The translations under genes and the position numbers were made by a program. From Nemertoderma westbladi (Eukaryota > Animalia > Xenacoelomorpha), in assembly GCA_032718475.1 (NCBI GenBank), contig JAUCBJ010002053.1, positions 1 through 32,581 on the forward strand: DNA of 32,581 nt. The letters run 5' to 3'. Under the pieces are notes generated by a model. That model was not told the DNA's origin, did no database searches, and was given only the letters and a program-made list of their open reading frames with translations. Below are positions 9,719 to 22,781 of this stretch, piece after piece (positions within the stretch are counted from its first letter, which is position 1; every line of letters starts with the position of its first letter).

Positions 9719-10659
9719 CTGGAAAATATAAATTGAAGATTTATATTTAAAATAGCTAAAGCTTAATTAAATGAATTAATAGTTTCATTCTCCAACCTAA
9801 TTTTGTTTAGCAGTAACCACCAATTTCTGATTAAAGCAGGTTAAGATATTAAAATTCTTTGAACACCACAAAATAAATCAGCATACCTGCTATCCTAATG
9901 AGTGCTAGAATCCACATTCATACTTCAACTACATATAATATAGATTGGCTTTTAATTGGCGGCATGAAAGATTGCTTTAAGTTATTTTTTCATGGAAGCC
10001 CAACCCACACCCACCTCCTCCCTCACCCAGGATGATGTATGATTAACATAGGCCGCGCATCCATCCATTTATGATCCGTGCAGGATCCATCCCAACTCCT
10101 ACCAGCTAGCTATGGTAATGTTGTCTGCCCTGAGATGGGAATTATGCAAAATGCATGAGGCTGAGAGAGGGGGGTTTGATGGGGAGCTTACGTTATTCAC
10201 TACTGCTAGCAGATTGCCGGCTATTCTACCCGGGTTTGTAGGGTTACCTGCAAGATAACAGGACAGGTGGTTCAATGCGAAGCCATCCTTTTACCATCTT
10301 TATTATATCTGTGTGTGTATACTGTCGATATTAAATAAAGCCACTTGCCTGAATGGAAAATGATAAACCATTCAATAATACACCCTGCGTAATATTCCAT
10401 TATTAAATGGAAAAAGATAAACCGATTCAATAATAATATTCACGTAAATATTCTATTATTCTACTTTTATAAGGAAAATTGTAAACATTCAAATAGTACT
10501 GTACCTGCGTTATATTACACCATCTCCTGATATAGTATAGTGTGTTAATGCAGGTACTGGTCATAATTTTTGCTGTAAACATGGATTCAGACCAACAGAA
10601 AATCGATCGTGATAACATTCAATCGCTGCATGATCTGGCAATCGCTGGATGGTCTGGCA

Positions 10660-12495
10660 AGTCACATGAATGACTTCTGCTACTTTGGCTCGTGGTTGCG
10701 GAGGTGTGGTGAAAATCTCAGAATTTGCAAAGAAAAGCCTGGTCTGCTAGCCACCAGCAATCCATAATATAGAAGAGCTGTGATATCACATGTTCTTTAG
10801 AAGCACGCCTTTTCCGTGTAGCCATGGAGCCAGTGTTGCACTTGGGCAGTGCCAGCCCATGCTGGGCTCTAACTGCTTAAGACACCACGTTTATGGATAG
10901 TAGGGGAGACCTGGGAGATTTGGCATGCCTGCCTTTTGAGTGACTTCCTGAATGTGGATTGCAACAACTTTTTTACTCAACCTATCATAGGGTGTACTAT
11001 ATTTGAATATGGAAACTGAAAAAATTATTAAATTTAATGCAACTGGCGATTCTCTGGATAACATTTTGTAATTTTCCAATCAAAATGATAATTTTTTATT
11101 TTTTGTATTCACGAAACCCCCTTTCATAAGTACCATCACCGGAACTTTTGGATATATGAAAATGATCGTCAACTATTTGGGATTATGTTAAAGTTGACAG
11201 AATAATGTCTTTACAATAATCTTGTATATTTATTTTTCATATTTATCAAAGTTCCCCCAGGTTGGGACATTTGGCATTTGCGTGCTAGGGATATTTGGCA
11301 TTCCAATGTAATCATTACAATCTGCCAGTAGCATATTGGTGTCTAGTTGTACTGCCATTTCACTGCAGTGCAGTACTGCAGTATTAGCTACCGGTACTAA
11401 GCCCTAAGCACGAAGTGCTGAAGTATAAGTATTATTGCACTGCATTGTTTAATTGCTATAGTTCTACTTGAATATTATTACCATTATTATAAACATTTTA
11501 GTCATTTTGCATTAGCCTCAACTATTTTAGTCTAATCCGTACTAAATTCGTTATTCTATGCTACGAATTTAATAAGAATCTAGGTGAACACCCCCCAACA
11601 CACCCTCCCCCCCCCCCCCCCCCATCCTAAATTCTTTATTCTATGCTACGAATTTAATAAGAATCGAGTTGAACATGACCACTCCCCATATACCACCCCT
11701 TGAACACTCCCCACATACCACCCCTACCCTCCAGCAAACAACAACGGAAAGGAACCATCATCGGCCCGGGGAATTCCTTGAATTACGCGAAAAGTAAATC
11801 TTGAAGTTAAACTTAGAGAAGATTAACAGAATAAGTAAATGGAGCTTGTCAGCTGATAGTTACTTTACCAAATATAGGATAAATATTTGCAAATTAGGCT
11901 GTAAATGCATATAGAACAGGGCGTTTAAAAATAATGCCAAATATCCCTGTCCTCTCTGCCAAGTGTCCCCACGTGTTGGGAGAATTGGCATGTGTTGACC
12001 TCCATCGACAAAATCGACCCTAACAATTCGAAATCTGTTTAAAATCAATACAAACTATGACTGAAAGATAGCCCATTAAATTCTGGACAAAATGAGAACT
12101 CATATTAAACAAATGAGTGAACAGATTGGAAGATATGAGCGTTTTAGACAAAAACATGCCAAATGTCCCAACCCTCCCCTACATATTATACCAGAGTGCT
12201 GCGCATAGTGCACATCATTGCCTAAGCAAGATGTACACATAATCAATGAGGTGTTGCCCAACTATGGCAACATTTCATCGCCACGACCCAGCATCACCCT
12301 GCAAATACGCCGCCTGAATCTTCCTGGGCAATGTTTTCGCCGGCAGGAGCAACCAGTACTCAACCTTGTGCTATGGAAGCCAGCTGGTGAGAATAACGTG
12401 TAGGACAGGCACTGACTGTCCTCAAACACCTGTTCAAGGACACACTACTTGAGAATAGAGATGAACTAGGAAACTACATGGCTGACCATATATAT
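10660..12495 (+). mobile_element. Old RTE 3' fragment split by a TIR element (pieces about 10660-10899 and 12183-12495)
   Basis: ccatgctgggctctaactgc.taagacacc precedes the insertion. The sequence resumes with YTRVLR... and RRLNLPGQCFRRQEQPVLNLVLWKP, homologous to NRLRFAGHCFRREDQPVHNLVLWQP. Confidence 0.8.
10900..12182. mobile_element. Non-autonomous TIR DNA transposon (~1.28 kb), probably Tc1/mariner-pogo type
   Basis: Imperfect TIRs TAGGGGAGACCTGGGAGATTTGGCATG (10901-10927) and the reverse complement of 12155-12181, TAGGGGAGGGTTGGGACATTTGGCATG. Internal copies of GGGA(C/T)ATTTGGCAT near 11264, 11288 and (inverted) 11934-11947. It cleanly interrupts an RTE relic. Confidence 0.75.
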
Positions 12496-12844
12496 GGTTG
12501 GGTACAATCTTCGCCCGCTTTCAACCTTCGCCCGCGTCCAACCTTCGCCCAGGGAAACCTTCGCCCACAAGGCAATCTTCGCCCGTGAGCAACTTTCGCC
12601 CAATAAATTTGTGTTAGCAACCGATTTTAGTTTCCAATGGATTGAAAGAGCAGGTTACAGAGACGGCCTTTTCTAACCAAAACAATAATTGTTTATTGGG
12701 CGCAGGTCGCTCGCAGGCGAATATTGCCTCCGAGCGAAGGTTTCCGTCGGGCGAAGATTTCCGCCGGGCGATAGTTGCTAGTTTTGAAGGCGAAGATTGT
12801 TGCTCAGGGCGAAGATTGGACGCAGGCGAAGTTTGCTCCGTACC
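12496..12844 (+). mobile_element. Foldback-like MITE with CTTCGCCC / GGGCGAAG arms
   Basis: About six (C)TTCGCCC units in 12509-12601 and about eight inverted GGCGAAG-like units in 12698-12831, around an AT-rich core. No clear TSD. Confidence 0.75.
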
Positions 12845-14780
12845 AATGTGGGGGCGCTTTTTCCCTGGGACCGCCGTAATGCACGTTAGTGCAGGCCGAT
12901 CATCAATTTAATCTTGTAGAGCAGCTATTCTTCACATTACAGTGGTTTGTTGATAGTCGGCCTACGCTGGCTATGCAATGAATCTAAATCTGAAGAACTT
13001 TCATTTGAATGAGAAATTAGCTGAGATTTGGCGTTATTACAATGCGGCTGGCGACTCGGAAATTTTTTTGAGTTTTCGCTGGTTTCATTTGAAAGAGCAT
13101 GTTAAAAAACCCCGGAGAGAAATTTTACTTAAAAAAAATATTGGCTAGTTACAGCGATTTTAAAACACAAAATGAGCAAACTCGGAAAACCAGGTCGTTT
13201 TGGAAAACTGCATCGAGTAGACGCTTGGTACATTTTACTGACGAACCGTTCTCCAGCGTATGACTGCAATTTTATTTGCTCATGATGTTGTTCCGCATTA
13301 TAATAATAAATTTTCGCTATAAAGACTTTGGGAAAGGTTGAGCAATTTTTTTGGTGGCCGTTTCTTTTGAGGGTAAAATCATAACAAAATTGTCAAAAAA
13401 TATTAAGCTATGTAGAGAATGTGTTAGCAACAACATTAAACATTCTAGAATATTATGTTTTATGTAATTATTAATCATTATATAATGCAATAGTGCAATG
13501 GTGCAATAATAGGCTACATTTAGGCACTGAAAAGAGAGTTTGGAGGCGATGACTGCTTCGTCTAATCGTCTAACATAATTAAATGTCTAATAATAATAAA
13601 ACTAGCCACTGAGGTGGATTGTTCGCCCTGTTGGGTACCTTGATAGCCAACGTGGTAAATTGCCCCCCCCCCCCCCCCCCATTTTGTGGTTGGAATGCAT
13701 AGCGGAATGGATCCGCTAACACAAAATTTGTAACTCTTAACTGCAACCATAATACTTATTCCTTAAAATTTTAGTTTCTCCTGCTTAGTTTCTTCTTATT
13801 TATGCATGACCATTGTCTCAATAGGTAAATATACCCATGCAGGTTAACTTATTATTGTTTCTATGTAAAACATCTGTTGTTAAGATAAATAGTGTTCTAG
13901 AAAAAAATGTTCAATGCGGAGTAAGTGAAATATAACATAATTTCAAATGGCTTATACAAGTTGACACTTTCAGCAAAAAACTGTAGTCATACCCAATTTG
14001 AACGGTGGTCGCCACTGTCTACTTGACTATGAGCTCACAAATACAGCACGAAATGTTCATTGGTTACTAAGCAATATTAATCTCTTTGTAACTAAAATGA
14101 AAGGCGTAGCTAATATTTTTTTGGTGCGTTTTTGTGTTTTGTTAAGAATGTAATTACATATTCATTTCATTTTTCATTTCATTTTTATTCCAGACATTGA
14201 ATTATACAATATATTATTATTACATTATTTTAGTAAAACATTATATAATACCCGTCCATATCATTTATAAAATTGAGCACAATTATTGAATTATTAAATA
14301 CATACTGCTACCTACACTACGGAAAAATAATTTACATAGAGCCTAATATTTAAACATATTGGTGGGACCGTATTATTGACACACTTCGAAAATCCGACAT
14401 ATAATACGTCGGTTAGTAAAACTATCCCAGTAGAAAATTTCATACAATCTCATTACGATTTTAAGAAAAATTAGAAGGCTGGGGGGGGGGGGGGGGGGGG
14501 TGGGGTTCTCCCTGAATTAAAACACTATATTGATATTGATGGAGTGTGGATATTATTTCTGTTTTATTCTCATTGTTGTTTTGAGAATTTGAGATACTTA
14601 GGGCTTAATGTTAATGTGTAGCAATGTACAGTCATGATAACGTACGTATCTTGGATACATTAAAGCCCTGTGGCATATTATTGTGAAGGTGCCACCAGTA
14701 CTGCGGCAGGTAGAAACTACGCACTGCCTCATTTATTATAATAGGCCCATCCATACCTTAAAGAATAATCGATCAATCGA

Positions 14781-15432
14781 TCAGGAAATCTCTGATCGTA
14801 TGAGCATAAGCTCAATGGTATGCTTGAGCATGTGGACGACTTCTGTTACCTGGGATAATGGATCCGCAAGTCAGGTGAGGACTTTCGAATACGTAAGGGA
14901 AAGGCATGGGCAGTATTGAATAGGCTTTCCAGGATTTGGAAGTCACACAGAATACATCGCAAACTTAAGGTCCGATTATTTATAACAGCAGTGATACCAT
15001 TACTCTTCTATGGGAGTCCATGCTGGGCTCTAACTGCTGAGGACACCAAAGCTCTGGATGGCACATTCACAATAATGTTAGGTCGGGTTCACTGTGACAA
15101 GTACAATGCACACATCTCTCACCAGACACTATATAACATTGGAGGTGTCTCAATGGTTCCCAAAGTTTGACACTTGAACAAAGCCGCCACCGCTTTGCAG
15201 GACATTGTTATCGGCGTGAAGACCAGCCTGTGCACAATCTTGTGCTTTGGCAGCCCAATGGAGAAAATAAGCATAATGGGCAGCCCATGACTTTCTTGAG
15301 ACGCCTCGTAAAGGACACTTGGCCTTGAAGATACGTATAATCTCGCGAAAGCAATGATGGATAGGGAGTTGTGGCGGTGCAACTTTGTTGATAAGCCGGC
15401 ATATCATTGCATTCTTAATGTACGCTGCATTG
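14781..15432 (+). mobile_element. 3' fragment of the same RTE family (~650 bp)
   Basis: Close nucleotide match to about 28920-29570 (NRLSRIWKS..I.RKLKVRLF...LTAEDTK.LDGTFT), with small indels and no intact TAG tail. Confidence 0.93.
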
Positions 15433-16763
15433 GGCTTGCCAATTGAGGATTTCATGGTGGTGGCGCAGTGTTTTTGTTGAGCCAGCGCAGCAGGCCGATA
15501 AGCCTATAGATAACAGTATGTTATGCCTAACAGTATCGGTACATAGTCCCGTACTTCTTATATGATGCTTAATATAATAATTTTTTTCAAAGTTTTAGTT
15601 TTATTTTAAGTAACAGTTTTATTCAAATTAAAGTCATTTTCTCTCTGTAAACTCAGCAACAAAATCGCATGTATTAGTATTATATGTAATGTAATGTAAC
15701 TTAATATACTTTGTGGGTTCGGGGAATAATCTATTTATATCGAGCATTCATTCCATTTACATCAAGGGTTTTATCATTTCAGCTGAACGACTGCCATTTT
15801 ATTAATTGCATTTTGGCGCGAATAATTATTAATTTGATTGGATCTGTTCCAATTTTACCAGTTGACCTGATGTAACAAACCATGTAACTACATTCAACAC
15901 AACTTGATTAGAAATTCCAAATATATTACTACTAGTGGAGAAAGTAAAAGGTAAATAAAGCCAAGGATTGTTTGTAGTTCGGAATACCAATATGCTCATG
16001 TAGCTGTAGCCGTGGTAAGGCATACCATTGCTAACTCCCATTCTCCAGGGACACACCAGTTGTTCAAATCATACAGTATGTTCACCGAGCCATACGAATC
16101 CATTTGGAACGGCAATAAATACAAATTTGCGCATTCGGGGAGCATAAAAAACATCAAAACATTCAAATCCTTCTCTCTGAATTACATGCATGAACTAAAA
16201 ATATTTATGCTCGAGTACCCAATTGATATCTTGACACACTTGGTAAGATGACTGTAACCTACCATATCTGATGAGTAGCTTAATATATTGGAATACTTGA
16301 GCTTCTTTAAGACCAGGATTGTAATGGTGACGAAGGCTTTATGTGAAGAGGAGGGATTTACATGTTTGATATGCAACAGGCCTTACTTACTTTACTTATA
16401 ACACCAATTATGTGCAATCTGGTGCACTTTTTTAAAACTAACTCAAGTAATTTGCGATTTTTATTTTAAGGAGATTTACTGGGAGTGGGATAGACTAATA
16501 CAGATACTAGACCATCAATCTGTTTATAAGCAAGTATAGGAGTGACTGAGGAGTTATAGATTATAGAGTTATAGAGGAGTATAGACTGAGGAGTGTTCTC
16601 AGCCTAGGCTGAGATGACTGGGGAGTCATTTCAAGAGGGAGTTATCTCAGCCTTATACAGCGGCCCAAACCATATTGAAAACAATCATTTAACCTTAACG
16701 CTAAGTTATGAGGCTCATATCTAATACATTTTGTGAAATTTCTGACATTGCCATTGGCAATTA

Positions 16764-18038
16764 TAGTCCAGTCAAAATAGGCGAAAAAAGGGCTCAACCT
16801 CGGACAAATTGCAACAGAATTTAATTTAATATTTTCTAGGCCCAAATTTTATGCTTATCAACATATCCAAAATCGGCCCAAATCGGGTTGTTGGAACTTG
16901 GATAAATAGACCATTTCACCATGGCAACAGAAAATCATACATAAATCACCTATTTCCTATAATCCTACGGAATTATAACCTTGACCTACCCCACCCAAAT
17001 CACTATCGGAGAATCCGATGGGGCACTTTTTGAATCCCGGTTACCATGACAACTATGAGAAGTAAACATTAAACAGAATTTTGAGTATTTTTAATAAGTC
17101 ACTCCCGAATTAGGATCAAAACTCCCGTTGCTATGGTCAAAATTCAAGACTTTGTTAAATAAAATAACTGTAGCAGACTCCACACAAGTGTTTTCAATAA
17201 TCTTTAATATGATTAACTTCCAATGTCAATAAAATGCCAAATGCGTTACTATAACTACATAAATACTAAAATATGCCCGTTGCTATGGTAACAACAGAAT
17301 AATGACTTCACTTGTGATCATGAATGTTGACTATGTAACATATTGATATGCATCTGAAGAACATATGAAATGATTCTGATGGAATTTTCACATATTAAAT
17401 AATATTTTTGGTTGCCATGGCAACAAGTTGTAACGGTTGACATGATTGGCTGGCAAATTATGGTCTGAACATAGCAACATGTGAGGTACTTGATCCTGAA
17501 TTGGTTTCTTTTTAAAATGATAGTAACCATATTTAAACTGAAGAAACATTATAGGTGATTTTATTTTCTTATTACATAGGTTACAGGCCAACTACTATTC
17601 CACTTCAACGCCGAATCTAGAAAAAAACAATTATTCTTTAAGGACAATATAATTACAGAGTTTCCTAATTTTGCAACAATGAGAACACGCAATACGGATA
17701 CGTTTCCAAAATTTCATAAATTTACTGTACAATTAGTTTCGACGATGTAGTTCTCATAGTTGTCATGGTAACCGGGTTTCAAAAAGTGCCCCATCGGATT
17801 CTCCGATAGTGATTTGGGTGGGGTTGGTCAAGGTTAGAATTCCGTAGGATTATAGGAAATGGATGATTTATGTATGACTTTCTGTTTCCATGGTGAAATG
17901 GTCTATTTAACCAAGTTCCAACATCCCGATTTTGGCCGATTTTGGATATGTTGATAAGCATAAAATTTGGGTCTAGAAATTATTAAATTAAATTCTGTTG
18001 CAATTTGTCCGAGGTTGAGCCCTATTTTGACTGGACTA
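16764..18038. mobile_element. Non-autonomous DNA transposon with ~300-bp TIRs, Academ-like
   Basis: 16764-~17062 and ~17750-18038 are near-identical inverted repeats. Termini are TAGTCCAG...CTGGACTA with TTA on both sides. TAG..CTA ends with a 3-bp TSD are typical of Academ. Confidence 0.8.
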
Positions 18039-19199
18039 TTAGGCCAAAATGGCAGTAAGTGACATCGCGAAATGTTTATGCCAAATTTTCACTGATCTCA
18101 ACAGGGCCTACTGATTAAAAAGGGATCTAAAAATGTAAGAATGTAATAATTACAATTGAAAACAGTAAAAAATACGAATTACAACTTTAATGTTATTCAG
18201 ATACAAAAGCACGGTTGGAAGTAAATTTAAATAGGGTTTAGAATACGGGGTAACATATTCATATCATCTTACCCTTTGCAAGAAGCTCTCCCTTATGGCG
18301 GGGATGGGGGTGATGAAATATCAATTTAAGACCTGATCAATTCAAAACGAACCATAAAATATCGCATCACCTCTTAACAATTATTAGTTGTGACAAACAG
18401 CTGTCGCATTGTAGTGTAGAGCAAGGTGCAATATTAAGAGTAGGGAAGAGATTATTCTAATATACTCTCAGACAATAGTTTATATACCAAAATCGATTGA
18501 AATGGCCACACATGTTTGGGTGCCTGACCCAATCAAGCGTCCCTCGCTTCATCCCCTTTATAAGGAAAGAATGTAAGTAATAAAATATATGCAATAACGC
18601 ATGCACACTAGCAATAAAAATCAATAAGACAGGGGTGGGGGGTAGATGAAGCAAATCCCATCTCGCGTGTTATTTCAACAAAAACGATAAATTATAGCCA
18701 ATAGGTAGCCCTATCAGTCTCTAGGTAACAGTTTCATTATTGCTTACATAAATGGATATCGACAGATGTGGTAGCATCGGGGACAACAGACTCTCTTTTT
18801 AAGCACCAATAAGTTTCAAGTAGCTCAACCAGTGCTGACATATTTGAATTGATTGTTTTACGGGTTACTGAACACCTATCTTTGTTATATCTAGATTATT
18901 GTTAATAGCCAGTATGATCATTTCCATTACTAGGTAAATACGATAAGATACTGGATACATTAAACGAGGATACAAGGAAGTTAAACTTTTTGATACTTAG
19001 TTGCTTTGCATTTTTTAACAACTGCATTGGGGTTGGACGAATAAAGTGGTAGAAGAAGGTAAAATCGCTTATGACGTATGGTTTTTCTGGTTTTATTGTA
19101 GCCGTATTTAATATTTAAGTATTGGTGTAATACTAATGAGTACGTTTGTCGTGAGTAAAAATAATGCTTAACCTTCGTTCCATCATGTGGGATAAAAGT

Positions 19200-20600
19200 G
19201 TTGCCCACTTCATGATTGAGAAACCTCAATGTTAAGGAGAAATTCACTAAGTGGGGTCTTCAATAGGTATACTATTCTGATTGATGATGCTATCGACCAC
19301 AGTAAGAGAATCGCCCTGTTGCGTTGCAAAGGTAACTATCACTAATAAATCCCTTGGGAAGATCAGCGCATTCTGGACAAAGGGGAGAAACTTATTCAAG
19401 CCCATGGAAAGTACTGTTGCTTTTCTTGAAAGGTCACCATGAAAGCATTATACAAGAACTACTCGGCCAGTCATATTTAGAACTAGGGGGGTAGACCCAA
19501 TAAATGCTACAGATGAAAGCAGGAATCTGTTGAAACCTGTCATACAATCAGCAATGTGCTATCTGGAAAAAAAAAGACACCCACCTGAACATGTAAAAGC
19601 TTATAGCTTACAAGCTTACAGACTGGAAGGCAAATTTATAGAAACTGAACAACATTCAGCAATGAGCGTGTAGAATTGCAATGTCTTCACCGTTCATCTG
19701 GTCCAGGGCACGAGGGTCCGTACTCTCTGACGAAAAATACAAAGCAACTACTGGTGATATAACATTTGCAGAGGTTAAGACTATAAAACAAATTCCTCAT
19801 GTTGTATCAGCGGCATTTTTCATCCTGTCTGTAGGTGATAGTGGTGCACTTATTGTTTTTATTTTATTATACACCCCATGCCATATTCTTTGAGATGTAC
19901 CACAAAACAAATCGGTTGGTTCCAGTCCCCAAGAAAGGGAACCTCGCCTAACTTGGATTCCAATTCAGAAAATAGTATCATTTCAATCGCAACAAAGCGT
20001 CATGTCGAATCGCCTCACAGATCCTACAATGTGGCACTTGTGTGAGAATCAGAATGGTGACAGTAGAATTCGTAGAACCAATTCTGGCACTCATACCGAT
20101 CATTGAAGAACTATATGCAAACTATTATTCAGGCGATTTGTTGTCATTGTTGTATTCTGCTTCAAGGCTTTCAGTCTGTGTCAAAAGCAAATATGTTCGA
20201 AAATACTTTGAATCTCTGGAATTCCTATTTAAGTCATTCATGTGTTAGATCAAATAATGCAGAAGGACCATCAGTGAATCAATCATGTTTCAGATTTCGA
20301 CTTTGCTGATGACATTGGTGTTCTATTAGATACATTGTAGGGTGCTTAGAAGTTGTAGGTCATACTAACTAAATGACTTCTGTTATTTGGGCCCAGGAAC
20401 TGGAAATATGTCTAATTGTGTAGCTCCTTTATGATTCGACTTTTCCAAGCAGCATTGGGGCCTGTGATAGCAGAATTTTACAAAAGGTACAACTGTTGGG
20501 ATGATACAGTGGTATGGCAACCTCCTCGATTGAAAAGGCTAGACAATAACTTTCTTTTTTTGCTGTTTAAAGACACTGATCTTAAGTACATCACTAATCT
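19200..20600 (+). mobile_element. Highly decayed, multiply deleted RTE relic
   Basis: Colinear patches: ggtgatataacatttgcagaggttaag, ttggttccagtccccaagaaagggaacct, aatcagaatgg, ttcaaggcttt, gactttgctgatgac (DFADD), gacttctgttatttggg, aaagacactg. Confidence 0.75.
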
Positions 20601-22310
20601 GAGATGTACATGTCTGAGGGCTGAGTGATTTCTTTGTCTCTGACTGGGTCCGTTTGCTTTGTACCAGTGCACATGCATTTCATCATAGGTGACATATATG
20701 TCTGTTAAATAAGTGTATGACTTTCGATAGTGTGGATCATTTAGGATCGATATAAATATTATGACAGCCTCTAATAACCTCTATGTGGAAAAATCAGTGG
20801 TTTTATGGAGGTAGATGTTGCCTATGAGAACATACTCTCACTCTGTCTAGAGGCAGTGAATTGTAGACTAAGAGCGGAAGTATACTGTTATTGTTACTGT
20901 TCGGAATTCTACATTCAGATTCCAGCAGTACAGCCAACTGCACGATTTAACATTAGCCAAGCATCATCACCATTTGTGATCCTTATTGATAGGTTTCAGA
21001 TTATGTAACTTGTAGATGAAACTGACAAAAATCCGGTATGTTGACATTGATGTAATGGATTAATAGGATTTGTGAATCTCGCAGTAGTCAAATTTTAACA
21101 CATTCATAATAATGGTGATAGAAAGTTTGTGTTGTGCTTTGATATGATAATTATCAAATCCTGTTTTGTGATCAATGGAATTTCGTTTCTGAATTTTTGT
21201 TTGGAATCCGGTTTAGTCGTTATTGAGTTAAAATTTAATAATTACAATACCAAGGCTATATATTGGTGTTGCTTCTTAAACAACTCTTCATACCAAATCG
21301 GGATGGAGATGATTTCCCAGTAAAGTAATCACTGGCATCCATTAGTAAGCGGTGATTGACGTACAGAAATGCCTCTAGCATTGTGGATAATGAAACATGG
21401 GTAAATGCAACCAAGAACGCAATATCTCGTTTTTATGTGTCTCTCTTTATGTAGGGAGATAACGTCACCCCTCGTTGCACAATTAATCAGCTTCACTGTA
21501 TCCCGGCGTACAAGCCGTATTTACTAAGTTGCAATTTAATTGGGTGTAGGTCACTGCGCCGGGATGGTGCATCAGCAATGAATTTAATGTATAATTGATG
21601 TGAGGGCATAATGTTTAGGGCGGTGTTCCTGACCAACATTACTGGTGTAGGTACTAGAAACATCTACGTCACAGTCACCCTACTTACAACTTAACAAAAT
21701 CTGAAATTATTTCATTACGTATTATTTACATGTTTATATTTAAATTATTTGTGTAATGTAATATATCAGAAAAAAATTTGGTTTGAATTAACCATTTCGT
21801 GGAAATGTTGGTTAATTAACCGAAGTTAAGTCATGAAATCAGGTCATTTGTAACCTCAAAGGTCAAGTTCTCTTATATGAATTGTTCAAATGTTCAGGTA
21901 ATTAAATTGTACGTATAAACTTAGAGTCAAGTTGTTCATTGGTTACTGATACTGAGCAACATTGCTTTGGTATAGCTTAAACACATAGCATTAGTGTCTC
22001 GCCTTACCTAACACATCAACAAAATATTTAATTAGCAATGGGAGTATGTTCTGTGCAGTGCCGAGTGGGAGGAGTGGAGTTTCTCATCAAAGGCATACTG
22101 ATATCAGACGCATCTAATTTATTTAATTACACCCTTTTACCAACAAATCCTTCGTGGCTACATCAAAAGCAATCCCGTCTCCAGAATACGTCTGCTTCGT
22201 GGAAGATTACACTTTGTACAATTCTCCAGCATGTTGATGGAAACTACATTCCGACTGTAGTTTGTTGTTTGTTATTCACGCGTATCTAACCTAAAACCAA
22301 CTAAACTAAC

Positions 22311-22450
22311 CCAGTGATGACAACCACAAAGTCAAGAATGTTCCAGCCACTGTGCAGATAAGCCCCTTTGTGAAAACAAAATCCAAGTGCAGTTATTTTC
22401 AATGAAGCTTCGACACAGAATATTCCCAAGAATACCAATTCTGTCTCTTC
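22311..22450 (-). CDS. Cav2: Cav2 coding exon 3 (140 nt), domain I S2-S3: [47 protein letters not shown]
   Basis: tatttgcag acceptor, GTTAGT donor; phases fit neighbouring exons. Confidence 0.96.
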
Positions 22451-22781
22451 CTGCAAATAAATATCGTTGATAAACATAATAAGCACAGGATAACAAGTGA
22501 ATTTCGATAAATATAATAGAAGTTGTCTGTTATATTCAAATAATGTTGATGATAAGATTTATTTATAATATTTAATTTAAAGGATTTAAGGATAATTTAT
22601 TTAAAACCATAACAATAAACTAAACAATGTATAGTATTTTGGTATTGTTAAACATATATGACTTCCAATATTTCCGAAGGCCGGTTCACACTGCACATAT
22701 AACACATAATACACGAAGTGGGGCCTTCGCGCAGCACGTGACTTAAATTTAATTTAAGTACTAATTCGAAAGTATTACTGT

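Noticed and set aside
10192-10247. Minus-strand segment with good splice sites (tcttgcag / gtaagc) as an extra Cav2 exon
   Set aside because: It is 56 nt, shifts the frame and gives an immediate TAA. It could only be a poison exon, and nothing in the sequence supports its use.
3226-16300. CTGANGA hammerhead-like cores (e.g. 3226, 8971, 16268)
   Set aside because: None is followed by a stem II plus GAAA with pairing stems I and III; other CTGATGA hits fall in RT coding sequence such as the FADD motif.
16851-17961. Pair of near-identical 60-aa ORFs on opposite strands
   Set aside because: By-product of the 300-bp TIRs; no transposase or other motif.
15800-21500. Coding-looking stretches at about 15830-16380 and 20700-21480
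   Set aside because: Only short ORFs with no motif I could recognise; possibly transposon relics, but unsupported without a tBLASTx or HMM search.
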